The notes under the pieces were generated by a model, which had not been told where the DNA came from, ran no database searches, and worked only from the letters and a program-made list of their open reading frames with translations. A program made the position numbers and the translations under genes. A stretch of DNA of 64,000 bases, from positions 138,545 through 202,544 of the forward strand of contig CAWJEX010000021.1 in NCBI GenBank assembly GCA_963841995.1. The letters run 5' to 3'. This DNA comes from an uncultured Alphaproteobacteria bacterium. GTDB lineage: Bacteria > Pseudomonadota > Alphaproteobacteria > DATDPM01. How positions within the stretch are numbered: position 1 is the stretch's first letter; each line of letters begins with the position of its first letter. Positions 20,342 through 31,709 of this stretch are shown piece by piece.

Positions 20342-22619
20342 ATGATAGCAATCGGGCATCGAAAGAAAACCATCTCTCTGCGGCTGTTGTATGCCGTCGC
20401 GGTGCTCATGGTTATTGGGACCGCCGGATCTGATGGGGCGGCCAATGCCGCCATCCAAACCGCAGTGCCTGCTGCGGCGGCCGGTCCTGGCGCCGCGGAC
20501 CAGCCTGCCACCCAAGATCTTCAGACCCTCCTCGATACGCTCAATAACCCGCAGGAACGGGACAAGTTGGCGGCGGACCTTCGCGCCATGATTGCCGCGC
20601 GCGCCGAGCAGCCCCAGGCGGGAACCGGGGAGCATCTCTTCGACGCGCTTTCGCAGTGGATCAAGGATACGAGCGATCAGATCACCGGCGCTGCGGAGGC
20701 TGTCGTCAATGTGCCGTCACTGTTCCGATGGCTGGGCAAGCAAGCAAGCGATCCGGAAGCGCGGGCTAATATCGCCGCCGTCCTCATCAAATTGCTGATT
20801 GTCGTCGGCGTCGGGCTCATCATGCATCGCGCGACGCGTATTCTGCTGAACTCGGCCGCGGCGGGCGACGGAAGCGAAGGGCACCTCCGGCAGTTTCATG
20901 CGTTGGGCCATGCGACTCGTGCATGTCGGGCTCGATATTATCCCGATCGTCATATTCGCCGCCGTCGCGTTCGGCGTGTTGCCCATTATCAATCCGGACG
21001 AAACAACCAGGGCAGTGGCCATCGCGGTCATCAATGCCGTGGTCTTGGTCCGCGTCATCCTCGTTCTTGCACGAGCCATTCTCGCTCCGGATGCGCCGGG
21101 CCTGCGGCTCATTCCGGTGGAAGACGAAACCGCCCACTATGCCGAGCTCTGGATACGGCGGCTTGTCGGCACTGCGGTCTATGGCTATTTCGCCGCCGAA
21201 GCGGCGCGCTCGTTGGGCCTTTACCATCATGCCTATATCACGATCCTCAACATGTTGGCTCTTGCCGTGACGCTGATGCTGGTGATTCTGATTTTGCAAA
21301 ACCGGCGCGTCATCTCCGATTCCATTCGCGGCCATCGCCCGGCACCCGGTCCTGGAGTAAAACCAAGCCCGCTCGACAATTTCCGGGCGGTTCTCGCCGA
21401 TGTCTGGCACGTCATCGCCATTCTGTATTTGATTGCGCTTTTCTTCGTCTGGGCGCTGCAGATTTCGGGCGGCTTCAATTTCGTGCTCATGGCAAGCATT
21501 TTCACCGTCGCCATTCTGATCGGCGCGCGGGTGGCGGCGGCGCTGGTGGACCGGGCCATCCGTCGCGGATTCTCGGTCGGCGACGATTTGAAGCGCCGCT
21601 TTCCGTCGCTTGAAGACCGGGCAAACCGATACCTGCCGATTTTGAACGGGGTTGCAAAAACCGTGATCTACGGATTGGCGGCGATCGGTTTCCTGCAAGT
21701 CTGGGGCATGCAGTCCCTCAATTGGCTGACCAGCGGTCTTGGCCGCGATATCGTTAGCATGTTGGCCGGCATCGCGGTCGTGCTCGCGGTCGCCGCTGTG
21801 ATCTGGGAGGGCGCCACCATTTATATGGAAAGTTATCTCGGCCGCAGCGAATCGGATTTCGATTCTTACGAGCATTACGCGCGGGTGAAGACGCTACTGC
21901 CGCTGTTCCGGAAGGTATTGTTCCTGCTTCTGATTGCCGTCGTTTCGCTGGTCATTCTGGCGCAGCTTGGAATCAATATCGCGCCGCTGCTGGCGGGCGC
22001 GGGAATTATCGGCCTTGCCGTCGGATTCGGGGCGCAGAAATTGGTCCAGGACATTTTTAATGGCCTGTTCGTCTTTCTCGAAGCGGCGGTCGCTGTCGGC
22101 GACGTGGTCGAGCTTGGCGGTCATTCGGGTGTCGTCGAGTTGATGTCGATGCGCAGCATAAAACTGCGTGACGACGAAGGTGCCGTGCACACGATCCCCT
22201 TCAGCGCGGTGACGGCGGTTTTGAACCGGACCAAGGGCTACGCTTATTACCTCTTCAATATCAGCATCGGTTATAAGGAAGATCTCGATCGCGTGATTGC
22301 GGCCATCAAGGACGTGGGTGCGGCCATGCAGGCCGACAAGTCCCTATCGGCCTATATTCTCGAACCGCTTGAAGTGATCGGGCTCGACAAGTTCGCTCAG
22401 ACGGCCGTGGTCATTCAGGGCCGCCTCAAAACCCTTCCCGGCAAGCAATGGCTGGTCGGCCGCGAATTCAATCGCCGGCTCAAGCGCCGCTTTGACGAGC
22501 TCGGCATCGAAATGCCGTTCCCGCAGCAGCAGATCGTGGTGAGATTGGCCAAACCCGGCGGCGATGCGAGCGTAGAAACGCTGGACGCCCCTCCCGGTGT
22601 CGGGGAGACAAGTCGATGA
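20342..22619 (+). CDS. large MscS-family mechanosensitive channel (MscK/MscM-like), with an apparent frameshift near 20870-20900
   Basis: The signal peptide and periplasmic N-domain lie in the frame of ORF 20258. The TM bundle and MscS domain (GDVVELGGHSGVVELMSMRSIKLRDDEGAVHTIP) lie in the frame of ORF 20898. Confidence 0.7.
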
Positions 22620-23410
22620 TGACTCCGGATTTTCAGCCGGTCGGTGCCGTCAATTGGCTCGGCCTTTATACGCTCGTTCTCAAAGAAGTCCGGCGCTTCA
22701 TCAAGGTCTATACGCAGACCGTCGCCGCCCCCGTCGTCACCACGCTCATGTTTCTCGCCATTTTTTCCTTGGCGCTCGGCCGTTCGGTGACCTTGGTCGC
22801 CGGCGTTCCGTTCAACCAATTCCTGGCGCCTGGGCTCATCATGATGGCGATGGTGCAAAATGCCTTCGCCAACACTTCGTCGTCGATCGTCATTGCCAAG
22901 GTCCAGGGCAATATCGTCGATGTCTTGATGCCGCCACTCTCGGCGGCGGAACTCACCTTCGGTTACGCGGCGGGTGGGGTCATCCGCGGCATCTTCGTCG
23001 GGATCGTCACCGGGACCGCCATGTGGATCTTCGTACCCATCCACATTTACGCGCCGGGCTTCGTTCTCTTTCACGCGGTCGGCGCCTCTCTTACCTTGTC
23101 GCTCATCGGCATGATCGGCGGTATTTGGGCGGACAAGTTCGACCATATCGCCGCGGTCACCAATTTCATCGTGATGCCGCTTTCATTTCTGTCGGGGACC
23201 TTCTATTCGGTCGATCGGCTGCCGGGGGTCTGGAACACGATCGCCCATTGCAATCCGTTCTTCTACATGATCGACGGTTTCCGTTACGGCTTCATCGGCC
23301 ACGCCGACGGGTCGCTTGCCACCGGAATCGGTGTCATGCTCGCGCTCAATGTATTTCTGTGGACGTTGTGCCAGGGCATGTTCGCCAGCGGCTATAAGCT
23401 CAAGGACTGA
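22616..23410 (+). CDS. ABC-2 type transporter permease (YadH-like)
   Basis: 264 aa with six TM segments, typical of the ABC-2 family. No cognate ATPase is adjacent. Confidence 0.6.
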   Translation: MMTPDFQPVGAVNWLGLYTLVLKEVRRFIKVYTQTVAAPVVTTLMFLAIFSLALGRSVTLVAGVPFNQFLAPGLIMMAMVQNAFANTSSSIVIAKVQGNIVDVLMPPLSAAELTFGYAAGGVIRGIFVGIVTGTAMWIFVPIHIYAPGFVLFHAVGASLTLSLIGMIGGIWADKFDHIAAVTNFIVMPLSFLSGTFYSVDRLPGVWNTIAHCNPFFYMIDGFRYGFIGHADGSLATGIGVMLALNVFLWTLCQGMFASGYKLKD

Positions 23411-23479
23411 GGCCCCGCGGACCCCGATAAGCGGCCCGCAACCGGAACTGGCATATCCGTAAACACGGTCCTCCCCGCG

Positions 23480-23508
23480 TTGACAGGGCCCCCGCAAACC
23501 CAGATACT
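23480..23508 (+). promoter_or_regulatory. sigma70-like promoter candidate for argD-argF-hslO
   Basis: TTGACA (23480-23485), a 17-nt spacer, then GATACT (23503-23508). It lies about 45 nt upstream of the argD GTG start. Confidence 0.4.
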
Positions 23509-23553
23509 GCCGCGCTTTCCGGAATTCCTGGCCAGCCCGAAAGCGCATCCGCC

Positions 23554-24723
23554 GTGTCCGCCCTGCTTCCCACTTACAAACAGGCCGACCTTGCCTTCGA
23601 GAAGGGCGAGGGGGCCTATCTTTATGCGACGGATGGGCGGCGCTATCTCGACTTTGCGACCGGCATCGCGGTCAACGCGCTGGGCCACAGCCACCCAAAA
23701 TTGGTCGCGGCCTTAGCCGAGCAAGGCGCCAAACTTTGGCATTGTTCCAATCTCTACCGGATTCCAGGCCAGGAGCGCTTGGCCGAGCGGCTGGTAGCGA
23801 ACAGCTTTGCCGACTACGCCTTCTTCTGCAATTCAGGCGCAGAAGCGGTTGAATGCGGCATCAAGATGATCCGCAAATACCACGACGACACCGGGCATCC
23901 GGAGCGTTACCGGATCATCTGCTGCACCAATGGATTCCATGGCCGGACCATGGCCACCATTTCGGCGGGCGGCCAGGAGAAGCACGTCAAAGGTTTCGAT
24001 CCGTTGCTCGACGGCTTCGACCACGTCGCCTTCGGCAATCTGAATGAGCTGCGGGCGGCCATCGGTCCGACCACGGCCGGAATCCTGGTCGAGCCGGTGC
24101 AGGGCGAGGGCGGTATCGTCATCGCCGACAAGCAATATTTCCAAGGGTTACGCGCTGCCGCCGATGAATTCGGTCTTTTGCTCTGTTTCGACGAGGTGCA
24201 GACCGGCATGGGCCGTACCGGCCATCTCTTCGCCCATGAATGGCTGGGCATGACGCCGGATATCATGGCGCTCGCCAAGGGGCTTGGCGGGGGATTCCCG
24301 GTCGGTGCTTGTCTTGCGCGCAAAAGCGCTGCGGTCGGCATGACCCCGGGCGCTCACGGTTCGACCTTCGGCGGCAATCCACTGGCGATGGCCGTGGCCA
24401 ACGCCGTGCTCGACGTGATGCTGGAAGACGGGTTTCTCGATCGCGTTGTCACGACCGGCAAGGCGCTGCAAACCCGCCTCCAGCAGATTGCGGCGCGCTT
24501 CCCGAAGGTGATCGCGAAAGTGCGGGGGCTCGGCCTCATGATCGGTATCGAATGTGCCGTTCCGAATACCGAGCTCCAAGCCAAGCTGCGCGAGAAAGGT
24601 CTGCTCACCGCGGTTGCCGGCGGCAATGTCATTCGCATCTTGCCGCCGCTCATCGTCGGCGAGGCGGAAGTCCGCGAAGCCTGCGCCATTATCGAAGGGG
24701 CGTGCGCCGCGTTTGCGGCGTAA
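23554..24723 (+). CDS. argD: acetylornithine aminotransferase
   Basis: Class-III aminotransferase in the conserved argD-argF-hslO arrangement. Confidence 0.85.
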   Translation: MSALLPTYKQADLAFEKGEGAYLYATDGRRYLDFATGIAVNALGHSHPKLVAALAEQGAKLWHCSNLYRIPGQERLAERLVANSFADYAFFCNSGAEAVECGIKMIRKYHDDTGHPERYRIICCTNGFHGRTMATISAGGQEKHVKGFDPLLDGFDHVAFGNLNELRAAIGPTTAGILVEPVQGEGGIVIADKQYFQGLRAAADEFGLLLCFDEVQTGMGRTGHLFAHEWLGMTPDIMALAKGLGGGFPVGACLARKSAAVGMTPGAHGSTFGGNPLAMAVANAVLDVMLEDGFLDRVVTTGKALQTRLQQIAARFPKVIAKVRGLGLMIGIECAVPNTELQAKLREKGLLTAVAGGNVIRILPPLIVGEAEVREACAIIEGACAAFAA

Positions 24724-24735
24724 CGCGGGGCAGCG

Positions 24736-25662
24736 ATGGATCAGCTTTCACTTAATCGGCCCAAACATTTTCTCGATCTCGATCGGCTGGATACGGCGAC
24801 CTTGCGCGAGATTCTCAATCTCGCGGTCGAACTCAAGGCGGGGCTAAAACAGCCGGGCAGCGCCAAACCGCTTGCCGGCAAGACCCTGGCGATGATTTTC
24901 GAAAAACCATCGACGCGAACGCGCGTGTCGTTTGAGGTCGGGATGCATCAGCTGGGCGGAGACGCGGTTATTCTGACCCATACGGAAACCCAGCTCGGTC
25001 GGGGCGAAACCATCGGGGATACCGCTCGCGTGTTGTCGCGCTATGTAGACGCGATCATGATCCGCACCGACTCCGCGCAGAAGCTGCTCGACCTTGTCGA
25101 ACACGCGACCGTGCCCGTGATCAACGGTCTGACCGATCGCACCCATCCTTGTCAGATCATGGCCGACATATTGACCTTCGAAGAAAAGCGCGGGCCGATC
25201 GCCGGCAAGACGGTCGCCTGGATCGGGGACGGCAACAATGTCGCGACCTCGTGGATTCAGGCTTGCGCCCGATTCGCATTCACCCTGCACATCGCCGGCC
25301 CGCGCAAATTCTGGCCCGACGAAAAAGCGTTGGCCTGGGCTCGGGCCCAGGGCGGCACGGTAACCGTCGGCGAAGACGCCGGCCAAGCCGTGGAGGGCGC
25401 TCATTGCGTCGTCACCGATACCTGGGTTTCCATGGGTGCGAAGGACGGCGAGGAGCGGCGCAAAATGATGAGCCCCTATCGGGTCGACGACGCCTTGATG
25501 GCGAAAGCCGACCCCTCCGCCATTTTCATGCACTGCCTTCCCGCCCATCGCGGTGAGGAAGTCACCGCATCGGTGATCGATGGGCCGCAATCGGTGGTTT
25601 GGGACGAGGCGGAAAACCGCCTTCATGTGCAAAAGGGCATTTTGATTTGGTGTCTGACATAA
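24736..25662 (+). CDS. argF: ornithine carbamoyltransferase
   Basis: STRTR carbamoyl-phosphate site and the HCLP motif. Confidence 0.9.
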   Translation: MDQLSLNRPKHFLDLDRLDTATLREILNLAVELKAGLKQPGSAKPLAGKTLAMIFEKPSTRTRVSFEVGMHQLGGDAVILTHTETQLGRGETIGDTARVLSRYVDAIMIRTDSAQKLLDLVEHATVPVINGLTDRTHPCQIMADILTFEEKRGPIAGKTVAWIGDGNNVATSWIQACARFAFTLHIAGPRKFWPDEKALAWARAQGGTVTVGEDAGQAVEGAHCVVTDTWVSMGAKDGEERRKMMSPYRVDDALMAKADPSAIFMHCLPAHRGEEVTASVIDGPQSVVWDEAENRLHVQKGILIWCLT

Positions 25663-25687
25663 GACGCCCCATATAAACCGGGCGCGC

Positions 25688-26623
25688 ATGACCATGACCC
25701 CGTTTCCCGCCGACTTTCTTCTGCCCTTCCAATTCCGCGATCTTGGAATCCGCGGCCGGCTGGTTCGCCTCGGCACCGTTGCCGATACGGTGCTGCGGAC
25801 GCATGCCTATCCCGATGCGGTGGGTGAGCTTTTGGCGGAGGCGCTTGTCTTGTCGGCGGCGCTGGCGGGAGCGTTGAAGTTCGACGGCATTTTCACCCTT
25901 CAGACGAAAGGCGACGGGCCGGTCTCGATGCTGGTCGCCGACACCACGAGTGCCGGCGAAATGCGCGGCTACGCGAAATTCGACGCGGAACGCTTGCACC
26001 GCGCCGCCGGTGCCATCGCGGCACCGGTGCCAAAGTTGCTGGGTGTGGGCTATCTCGCATTTACCGTCGATCAAGGGCCGCACACCGAGCGCTATCAAGG
26101 GATCGTCGAACTCCACGGCGCGACCCTTGCCGATTGCGCGCACCGGTATCTGCGCCAATCGGAACAAATCGAGGCGGGCATCCGTTTGGCCGCACATCAC
26201 CAGGCCGGTGCCGACGGCGTCTCCCGTTGGGGAGCCGCGGCGCTGACCTTGCAACGCCTCCCCGAATCGGACGGTGTGCGGATAAGCGATGAGGATCGGG
26301 AATCGAGCGCCGAAAATTGGCGGCGCGTTTTAGCGCTCATGTCGAGCGTTACCGACTCCGAATTGTTGGACATGAATCTCGGCCCCTATGATCTGCTGCA
26401 TCGCCTGTTCCACGAGGAACGGGTAAATGTTTCGAATGCAAAGCCGTTGTTGCATCGATGCCGGTGTTCGGAGCTTCGTGTTCAGCGGGCTCTGGCGTCG
26501 ATTCCCGAAGAAGAACTCGAAAATCTGAAGATCGACGGGCGAATCGAAGTGACTTGCGAATTCTGTAATGCCTGCTATGTATTCGACGAGTCCGTGCTGC
26601 GCCGTTTCCGGGCTGTCGGCTAA
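25688..26623 (+). CDS. hslO: redox-regulated chaperone Hsp33
   Basis: C-terminal zinc centre CRCSELRV...CEFCNACY. Confidence 0.85.
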   Translation: MTMTPFPADFLLPFQFRDLGIRGRLVRLGTVADTVLRTHAYPDAVGELLAEALVLSAALAGALKFDGIFTLQTKGDGPVSMLVADTTSAGEMRGYAKFDAERLHRAAGAIAAPVPKLLGVGYLAFTVDQGPHTERYQGIVELHGATLADCAHRYLRQSEQIEAGIRLAAHHQAGADGVSRWGAAALTLQRLPESDGVRISDEDRESSAENWRRVLALMSSVTDSELLDMNLGPYDLLHRLFHEERVNVSNAKPLLHRCRCSELRVQRALASIPEEELENLKIDGRIEVTCEFCNACYVFDESVLRRFRAVG

Positions 26624-26719
26624 GGCCGTGCGCACGCGGTTGTGTCGCGGCCGTGTCCGGGAACCATTGCCGGTCCCAATTGTTTATGAATCCGGTCACT
26701 CAATTGTGGGAAATTTCAG

Positions 26720-27319
26720 ATGACCCTCCGCATCGTCTCCAGGAATATTTTTGCGTTGCTCGGCGCGTTCGCACTACTCTCCTGCGCCGCACCGCCGGCC
26801 AAGCAAACTTTTGCCGAGACCACCTGGAGTCACCTGCCGCCATTCAATTTCAATGCCGCGAAGGTCGATGTGGTTTCAGTGTACAAACCTACCTTCAAGC
26901 CGCCCTATGTCGAACATGAGTTCGAAACGCCACCGGAGCGGATGATCCGCCGCTGGGCGCAAGATCGAATCGTGCCCGCCGGGCCGCAGGGCTATGTGAA
27001 GGTCGTCATCAACGACGCGTCGGTCAGGGAAATCGAGCTTGAACATCCGAAGGACTTCAGCAGCCACTTCACGACCGAGCAGGGGCAGGAATATGACGCC
27101 ATCGTCGACGTGACGATCGAGATATACGGGCCGCGGGGGTTCAAGGACGGGTTCACCAACGCACGGGCCGAGCGCACCCAGACCATTGCCGAAGACGCGA
27201 CTCTCAATGATCGCGACCGGCTTTGGCACGATCTGGTCGAAGGAACGATGCAGGACTTCAACGCGCAAATGGAAACGAATATCAATACATATCTGCAGCG
27301 GTTCTTGGTCGCGCGATAG
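26720..27319 (+). CDS. conserved hypothetical lipoprotein
   Basis: Lipobox LLSCAAP. No recognisable catalytic motifs. Confidence 0.5.
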   Translation: MTLRIVSRNIFALLGAFALLSCAAPPAKQTFAETTWSHLPPFNFNAAKVDVVSVYKPTFKPPYVEHEFETPPERMIRRWAQDRIVPAGPQGYVKVVINDASVREIELEHPKDFSSHFTTEQGQEYDAIVDVTIEIYGPRGFKDGFTNARAERTQTIAEDATLNDRDRLWHDLVEGTMQDFNAQMETNINTYLQRFLVAR

Positions 27320-27324
27320 GCGGG

Positions 27325-28776
27325 TCAACCTCGCCAGAATGCCGGCACCAGCAGCACGAGAACCGTGTAAAGGTCCAGCCGGCCCAGCAGCATTCCGAAA
27401 CTCAAAAGCCATTTGGCGCCGTCCGGCAAGGTTGCGAAACTGCCGGAGGGACCGATGACCGGGCCCAGTCCCGCGCCCACATTCGATAAGGCGCTGGCCG
27501 CGCCCGACAGGCTGGTGAGCAAATCCAGTCCCAATAGGCCGAGCCCAAGTGCCAGAAGAGCGAAAGAAACCGCGAACAGGAAAAAGAATCCCATCACCGC
27601 ATTGGCGACGGTGTCGGGGATTGGCCTCCCGTTAAAATAGGGGATGAAAAGGCCGTTCGGCCGGACGAGGCGGCGGATCTGCATATCGGCCGAGGCGTAG
27701 ATCACCTGAAACCGGAAAATCTTGATGCCGCCGGAGGCCGAGCCGGCGCATCCCCCGACGATGGTCAGAAACAAGAACGCCGCAATTGCGAGGCCTCCCC
27801 ACGAATCGTAATGCGCCGTCGTGAATCCCGTGCCGGTCACGATTGACACCACGTTGAACGCGCATTCGTCGAGAACGTGGAGAAATCTTTCGCCGCTGTG
27901 ATGCCAACGCCAAGCCGTCATTAAGAGAATCGTGACGACGAGCACCGCGAGAAGCCAGTGAATTTGACTTTCGCGCAGGAGCCGTCGCGGATTGCCGCGC
28001 AAGGCCTGCAGGTACAGAAAAAACGGCAGGCTGCCCAAAATCATGAAAACGATCAGGATCGCGTCGATCAGCGGACTGCGGAAATGGGCGATCGATTGAT
28101 CGGAGGTGGAGAATCCGCCGGTCGAGATTGCCGCCATCGCGTGGGCGACCGCTTCAAATCCGGTCATTCCTGCCAATCGCAAGCCGGTCGCGCACAGCGC
28201 CGTGAGCGCGACATAGACGAGTGCGATGCCAGCGACGATTTGGGCAGCCCGGGGCATGGCGCGGTGTGCGCTCTCGGCGGTATCAAGGCGGAACAATTGC
28301 ATCCCGGCGACCTGAAGATTGGGGAGGGCAAAAATCACGAAAGTGATCGTGCCCATGCCGCCCAGCCACTGCAGCAACGCCCGCCACAGCAAAATGCCGG
28401 GCGGCGCGGAATCGAGGCCGGTAATGGCGGTGGATGCGGTTGTGGTAACGCCCGCCATCGCTTCGAAAAACGCCCCCGCGGCGGAAAGGCCGAGATTCGA
28501 ATACGCGAATGGAAGGGCGGCGAATCCCGCCAGCACGATCCAGGCCAAGGTCGCGAGCACAAAGGACTGCCGGTTGTCGATGACGAGCTCGCCGGTACGC
28601 GCGGCCAGCATGGCGCTAACTCCGATAAACAACGCACCGGCGGCGCAAGCGGCAAAAACCACGGCGTCCTGTTCGAAGCCGTTCAGCCAATCGGTCAATA
28701 CCGGCAACATCATGGCCGCGGCGAGAACAGCCAGCAAAATGCCGATGACATGAATGATGGGGCGGAAATCGATCAT
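27325..28776 (-). CDS. trkH: Trk-type K+ uptake protein TrkH (copy 1)
   Basis: Full-length TrkH. The start is set at MIDFRPIIHVIG, by analogy with the paralogue's start MIDLRPVFFVIG. Confidence 0.8.
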   Translation of the reverse strand: MIDFRPIIHVIGILLAVLAAAMMLPVLTDWLNGFEQDAVVFAACAAGALFIGVSAMLAARTGELVIDNRQSFVLATLAWIVLAGFAALPFAYSNLGLSAAGAFFEAMAGVTTTASTAITGLDSAPPGILLWRALLQWLGGMGTITFVIFALPNLQVAGMQLFRLDTAESAHRAMPRAAQIVAGIALVYVALTALCATGLRLAGMTGFEAVAHAMAAISTGGFSTSDQSIAHFRSPLIDAILIVFMILGSLPFFLYLQALRGNPRRLLRESQIHWLLAVLVVTILLMTAWRWHHSGERFLHVLDECAFNVVSIVTGTGFTTAHYDSWGGLAIAAFLFLTIVGGCAGSASGGIKIFRFQVIYASADMQIRRLVRPNGLFIPYFNGRPIPDTVANAVMGFFFLFAVSFALLALGLGLLGLDLLTSLSGAASALSNVGAGLGPVIGPSGSFATLPDGAKWLLSFGMLLGRLDLYTVLVLLVPAFWRG

Positions 28777-28778
28777 GC

Positions 28779-30225
28779 TCAGCCGCGCCAGAAATCCGGC
28801 CAACACAGGATAAGCGCGCTGTAAAGCTCGATCCGGCCCAACAGCATGCCCAAACTCAGCAACCATTTGGCGGCATCCGGGAGGGCGTTGAAATTGCCCA
28901 TCGGACCGATAAGTCCACCCAATCCCCGTCCCACATTGCCCATCGCGGCTGCGGTTCCGGAAACGCTGGTGAGAAAATCGAGACCCGTCGCCGTAAGACC
29001 GATCGAGAGCACGGCGAAGGTCAGGGCGAATAGGAAAAAGAATCCCGTCACCGAGCTGGCAACCGGATCGGGAATTGGACGCCCGGCATATTGGGCCGCA
29101 AAAAGGCCGTGCGGCTGGGTGAGACGGCGGATTTGGGATCGCGCCATCGCATAAAGCACTTCAAGCCGATAAATCTTAAGTCCGCCCGCCGGTGAGCCCG
29201 TGCAGGCGCCGACCACGGTCAAAAACAGGATCAGAACCATGACGAATCCGCCCCAGTTCTGATAATCGGCGGTCACGAAGCCGGTCGTGGTCATGATCGA
29301 CGCGGCGGTGAACGACACCATGCGCACCGCGTCCCCAAATTTTTCGCCGCCGAGCCACTGCCAGAGAAGTCAACACGATGACGGTGGCGAGATAGAGACC
29401 AAGAAACGTGTGAACTTGGCTGTTGGCGAACAAGCGGCCCGGCCGGCCGCGGACGAGCTGCAGATAGAGCGGAAACGGCAAGGCTGCGATGAGCATGAAC
29501 ACGGTTGTGATGATTTCAATCGGAAGGCTTTTGAAATGGCCGATCGAATCGTCGAAGGTCGAAAAACCGCCAGTCGAAAGCGTTGCCATGGCGTGGCAGA
29601 CGGCATCGAAGCCGCGCATGCCGGCCGCCCACAATAGGGTGGCGTCAACAGCGATGAGGCCGAGATAGATCACCGCAATGCCGCCGGCGACTTGCGCCAG
29701 CCGCGGCAATGCGTTCTCGGACCGGTCCGCGGTTTCCATCCGGAAAAATTGCATCCCGCCGACTTTGAGATAGGGCAGCACCGCAACGCCCATGAACAGG
29801 AAGCCCATGCCGCCCAACATTTGAAGGAGGGCTCGCCAAAGCAGGATACCGGGCGGCGCCGACGAAAGACCGACGATGACCGTGGACCCGGTGGTCGTGA
29901 TTCCCGACATCGCCTCGAAATAGGCGTCGGTGAAGCCGAGATGCAGCCGCGAGAACATCATCGGCAAGGCTCCTGCCGTTCCTGCGACGACCCAGGCCAA
30001 AGTGACGAGCAGAAAAGCCTCGCGGACATCGATCTCGAAGCGCGGCGTCCAATTCGCGATGATGAGGGCGACGCCGAGGAACAGCGTCAGTGCCGCGGAG
30101 GACGCGAAGACCGTCCAATCAGGGTTATGCGCGAGGGCGTCGATGAGCGCAGGAAACGCCATCACCACGGCGAGCGTAGCGAGCAAAATACCGATGACGA
30201 AGAATACGGGCCGGAGGTCAATCAC
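28779..30225 (-). CDS. trkH: TrkH paralogue (copy 2), split by an apparent frameshift near 29330-29350
   Basis: ORF 29176..30225 is the N-terminal two thirds. ORF 28779..29327 is the C-terminal third. The junction aligns with copy 1 (TSL-WQWLGGEKFGDAVRM versus TAWRWHHSGERFLHVL). Confidence 0.75.
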
Positions 30226-30357
30226 CGCGGCGCCGATGGCCCCCTATTTTTCCGGTCCATCATTGGCCATTGCGGCGCGGGTGTCCATAGCTGGATAACG
30301 TGGCCGAAGCCGGCCGCACGTAACGCAGTAAAATGAAATCGCCGCTCAGCCGATATG

Positions 30358-30990
30358 CTAGCGAATCGACGGATTGCCGATGATGGACAGGAATTCGCGG
30401 CGGGTCGAGGGATTGGTGCGGAACAGGCCAAGCATCCGGCTGGTCACCATGGTGACATCCGATTTATGAACGCCGCGCGTGGTCATGCACTGATGCGCGG
30501 CGTCGACCACGACCGCAACGCCCTTGGGCTCCAGAACGTCTTGCAACGTGTTGGCGATCTGCGCCGTCAGCTTCTCCTGGATCTGCAGCCGGTGGGCGTA
30601 GATGTCGACGATGCGCGCCAGCTTGCTGATGCCGACGACGCGCTTGTTCGGCAGATAGCCGACATGGGCTTTACCGATGATGGGGGCGATGTGGTGCTCG
30701 CAATGGGATTCGAAACGGATGTCCCGCAAGATCACCATTTCGTCGTAGCCGTCGACTTCTTCGAAGGTCCGCTTGAGGATATCCACCGGATCTTCGGCGT
30801 AGCCCGAGAAAAACTCTTCGTAGGACCGCACCACCCGCGACGGCGTGTCGAGCAGACCTTCGCGCTGGGGATCGTCGCCAGCCCACCGCAGCAGCGTACG
30901 AACGGCGTCCTCCGCCTGTTCGCGGCTCGGGCGATCTTCGTGTTCCGGATTATTGGCTTTGGTAACGGCGATTGGGCGCGATGCGGACAA
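30358..30990 (-). CDS. folE: GTP cyclohydrolase I
   Basis: [18 protein letters not shown] motif. Confidence 0.9.
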   Translation of the reverse strand: MSASRPIAVTKANNPEHEDRPSREQAEDAVRTLLRWAGDDPQREGLLDTPSRVVRSYEEFFSGYAEDPVDILKRTFEEVDGYDEMVILRDIRFESHCEHHIAPIIGKAHVGYLPNKRVVGISKLARIVDIYAHRLQIQEKLTAQIANTLQDVLEPKGVAVVVDAAHQCMTTRGVHKSDVTMVTSRMLGLFRTNPSTRREFLSIIGNPSIR

Positions 30991-31161
30991 AGGACGACTC
31001 CTGGTTAAGAGACACGGACTTGCGCGATAGCGTCTATCCCCACGGGTGCCACCGGCGATTTAGGGTGAAAGGGGGCGGAAATCAAGGAGAATCGAGGAAT
31101 CATCGAGCCCGGGTAATATTCAATGATCGACGACGGGCGCTGGAACCGGACGAGTCTCTGC

Positions 31162-31554
31162 CTAATTAATCTTTCGTTCCTGGTGTGGGCTGTCGAGCGA
31201 GAAGGGCGGGACCGCCACGTCGAAGCCCTCGCCATCGCTGGTTACCATGCGATAGGTGCCGACCATGATGCCGGAGGGTGTGGCGAGCGGCGTGCCACTT
31301 GTGTACTCGAAGCTTTCGCCGGGATGCAGGACCGGCTGTTCGCCGACCACGCCGGCGCCGCGCACTTCTTGCGTGCGGCCGAGTGAATCGGTGATGCGCC
31401 AATACCGCGAACGGAGCTGCACCGTTTCCTTGCCGCGGTTCTCGATGCGGACGTGATACGCCCAAACGAAATGGCCTTCCTCGGGCGTCGATTGATCGTC
31501 CAAATAAATCGGTTCGACGGTCACCCAAATTTCGCGAGTCGTTTGGCTGTACAT
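31162..31554 (-). CDS. apaG: ApaG (DUF525) protein
   Basis: The start is set at [18 protein letters not shown], giving the typical 130 aa length. The longer ORF has an unlikely extension. Confidence 0.75.
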   Translation of the reverse strand: MYSQTTREIWVTVEPIYLDDQSTPEEGHFVWAYHVRIENRGKETVQLRSRYWRITDSLGRTQEVRGAGVVGEQPVLHPGESFEYTSGTPLATPSGIMVGTYRMVTSDGEGFDVAVPPFSLDSPHQERKIN

Positions 31555-31709
31555 TGGCAACGCCTCCTTGCGATTCATCGCGCCTTCACCCGGCGTCTTT
31601 GCCTGCCGTTCACGACCGTCAAAATCAGAGCTGTGAGCGAGGGAATCATTGGTATCCATGATAGAATTGATAGGGCGGCGCGTCCACGGCAATCCATGGT
31701 AAACGCATT

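Noticed and set aside
20820-21875. 351-aa antisense ORF inside the MscS-family gene
   Set aside because: It is a long ORF only because of high GC. It has no motifs, and the sense strand carries a recognisable MscS domain.
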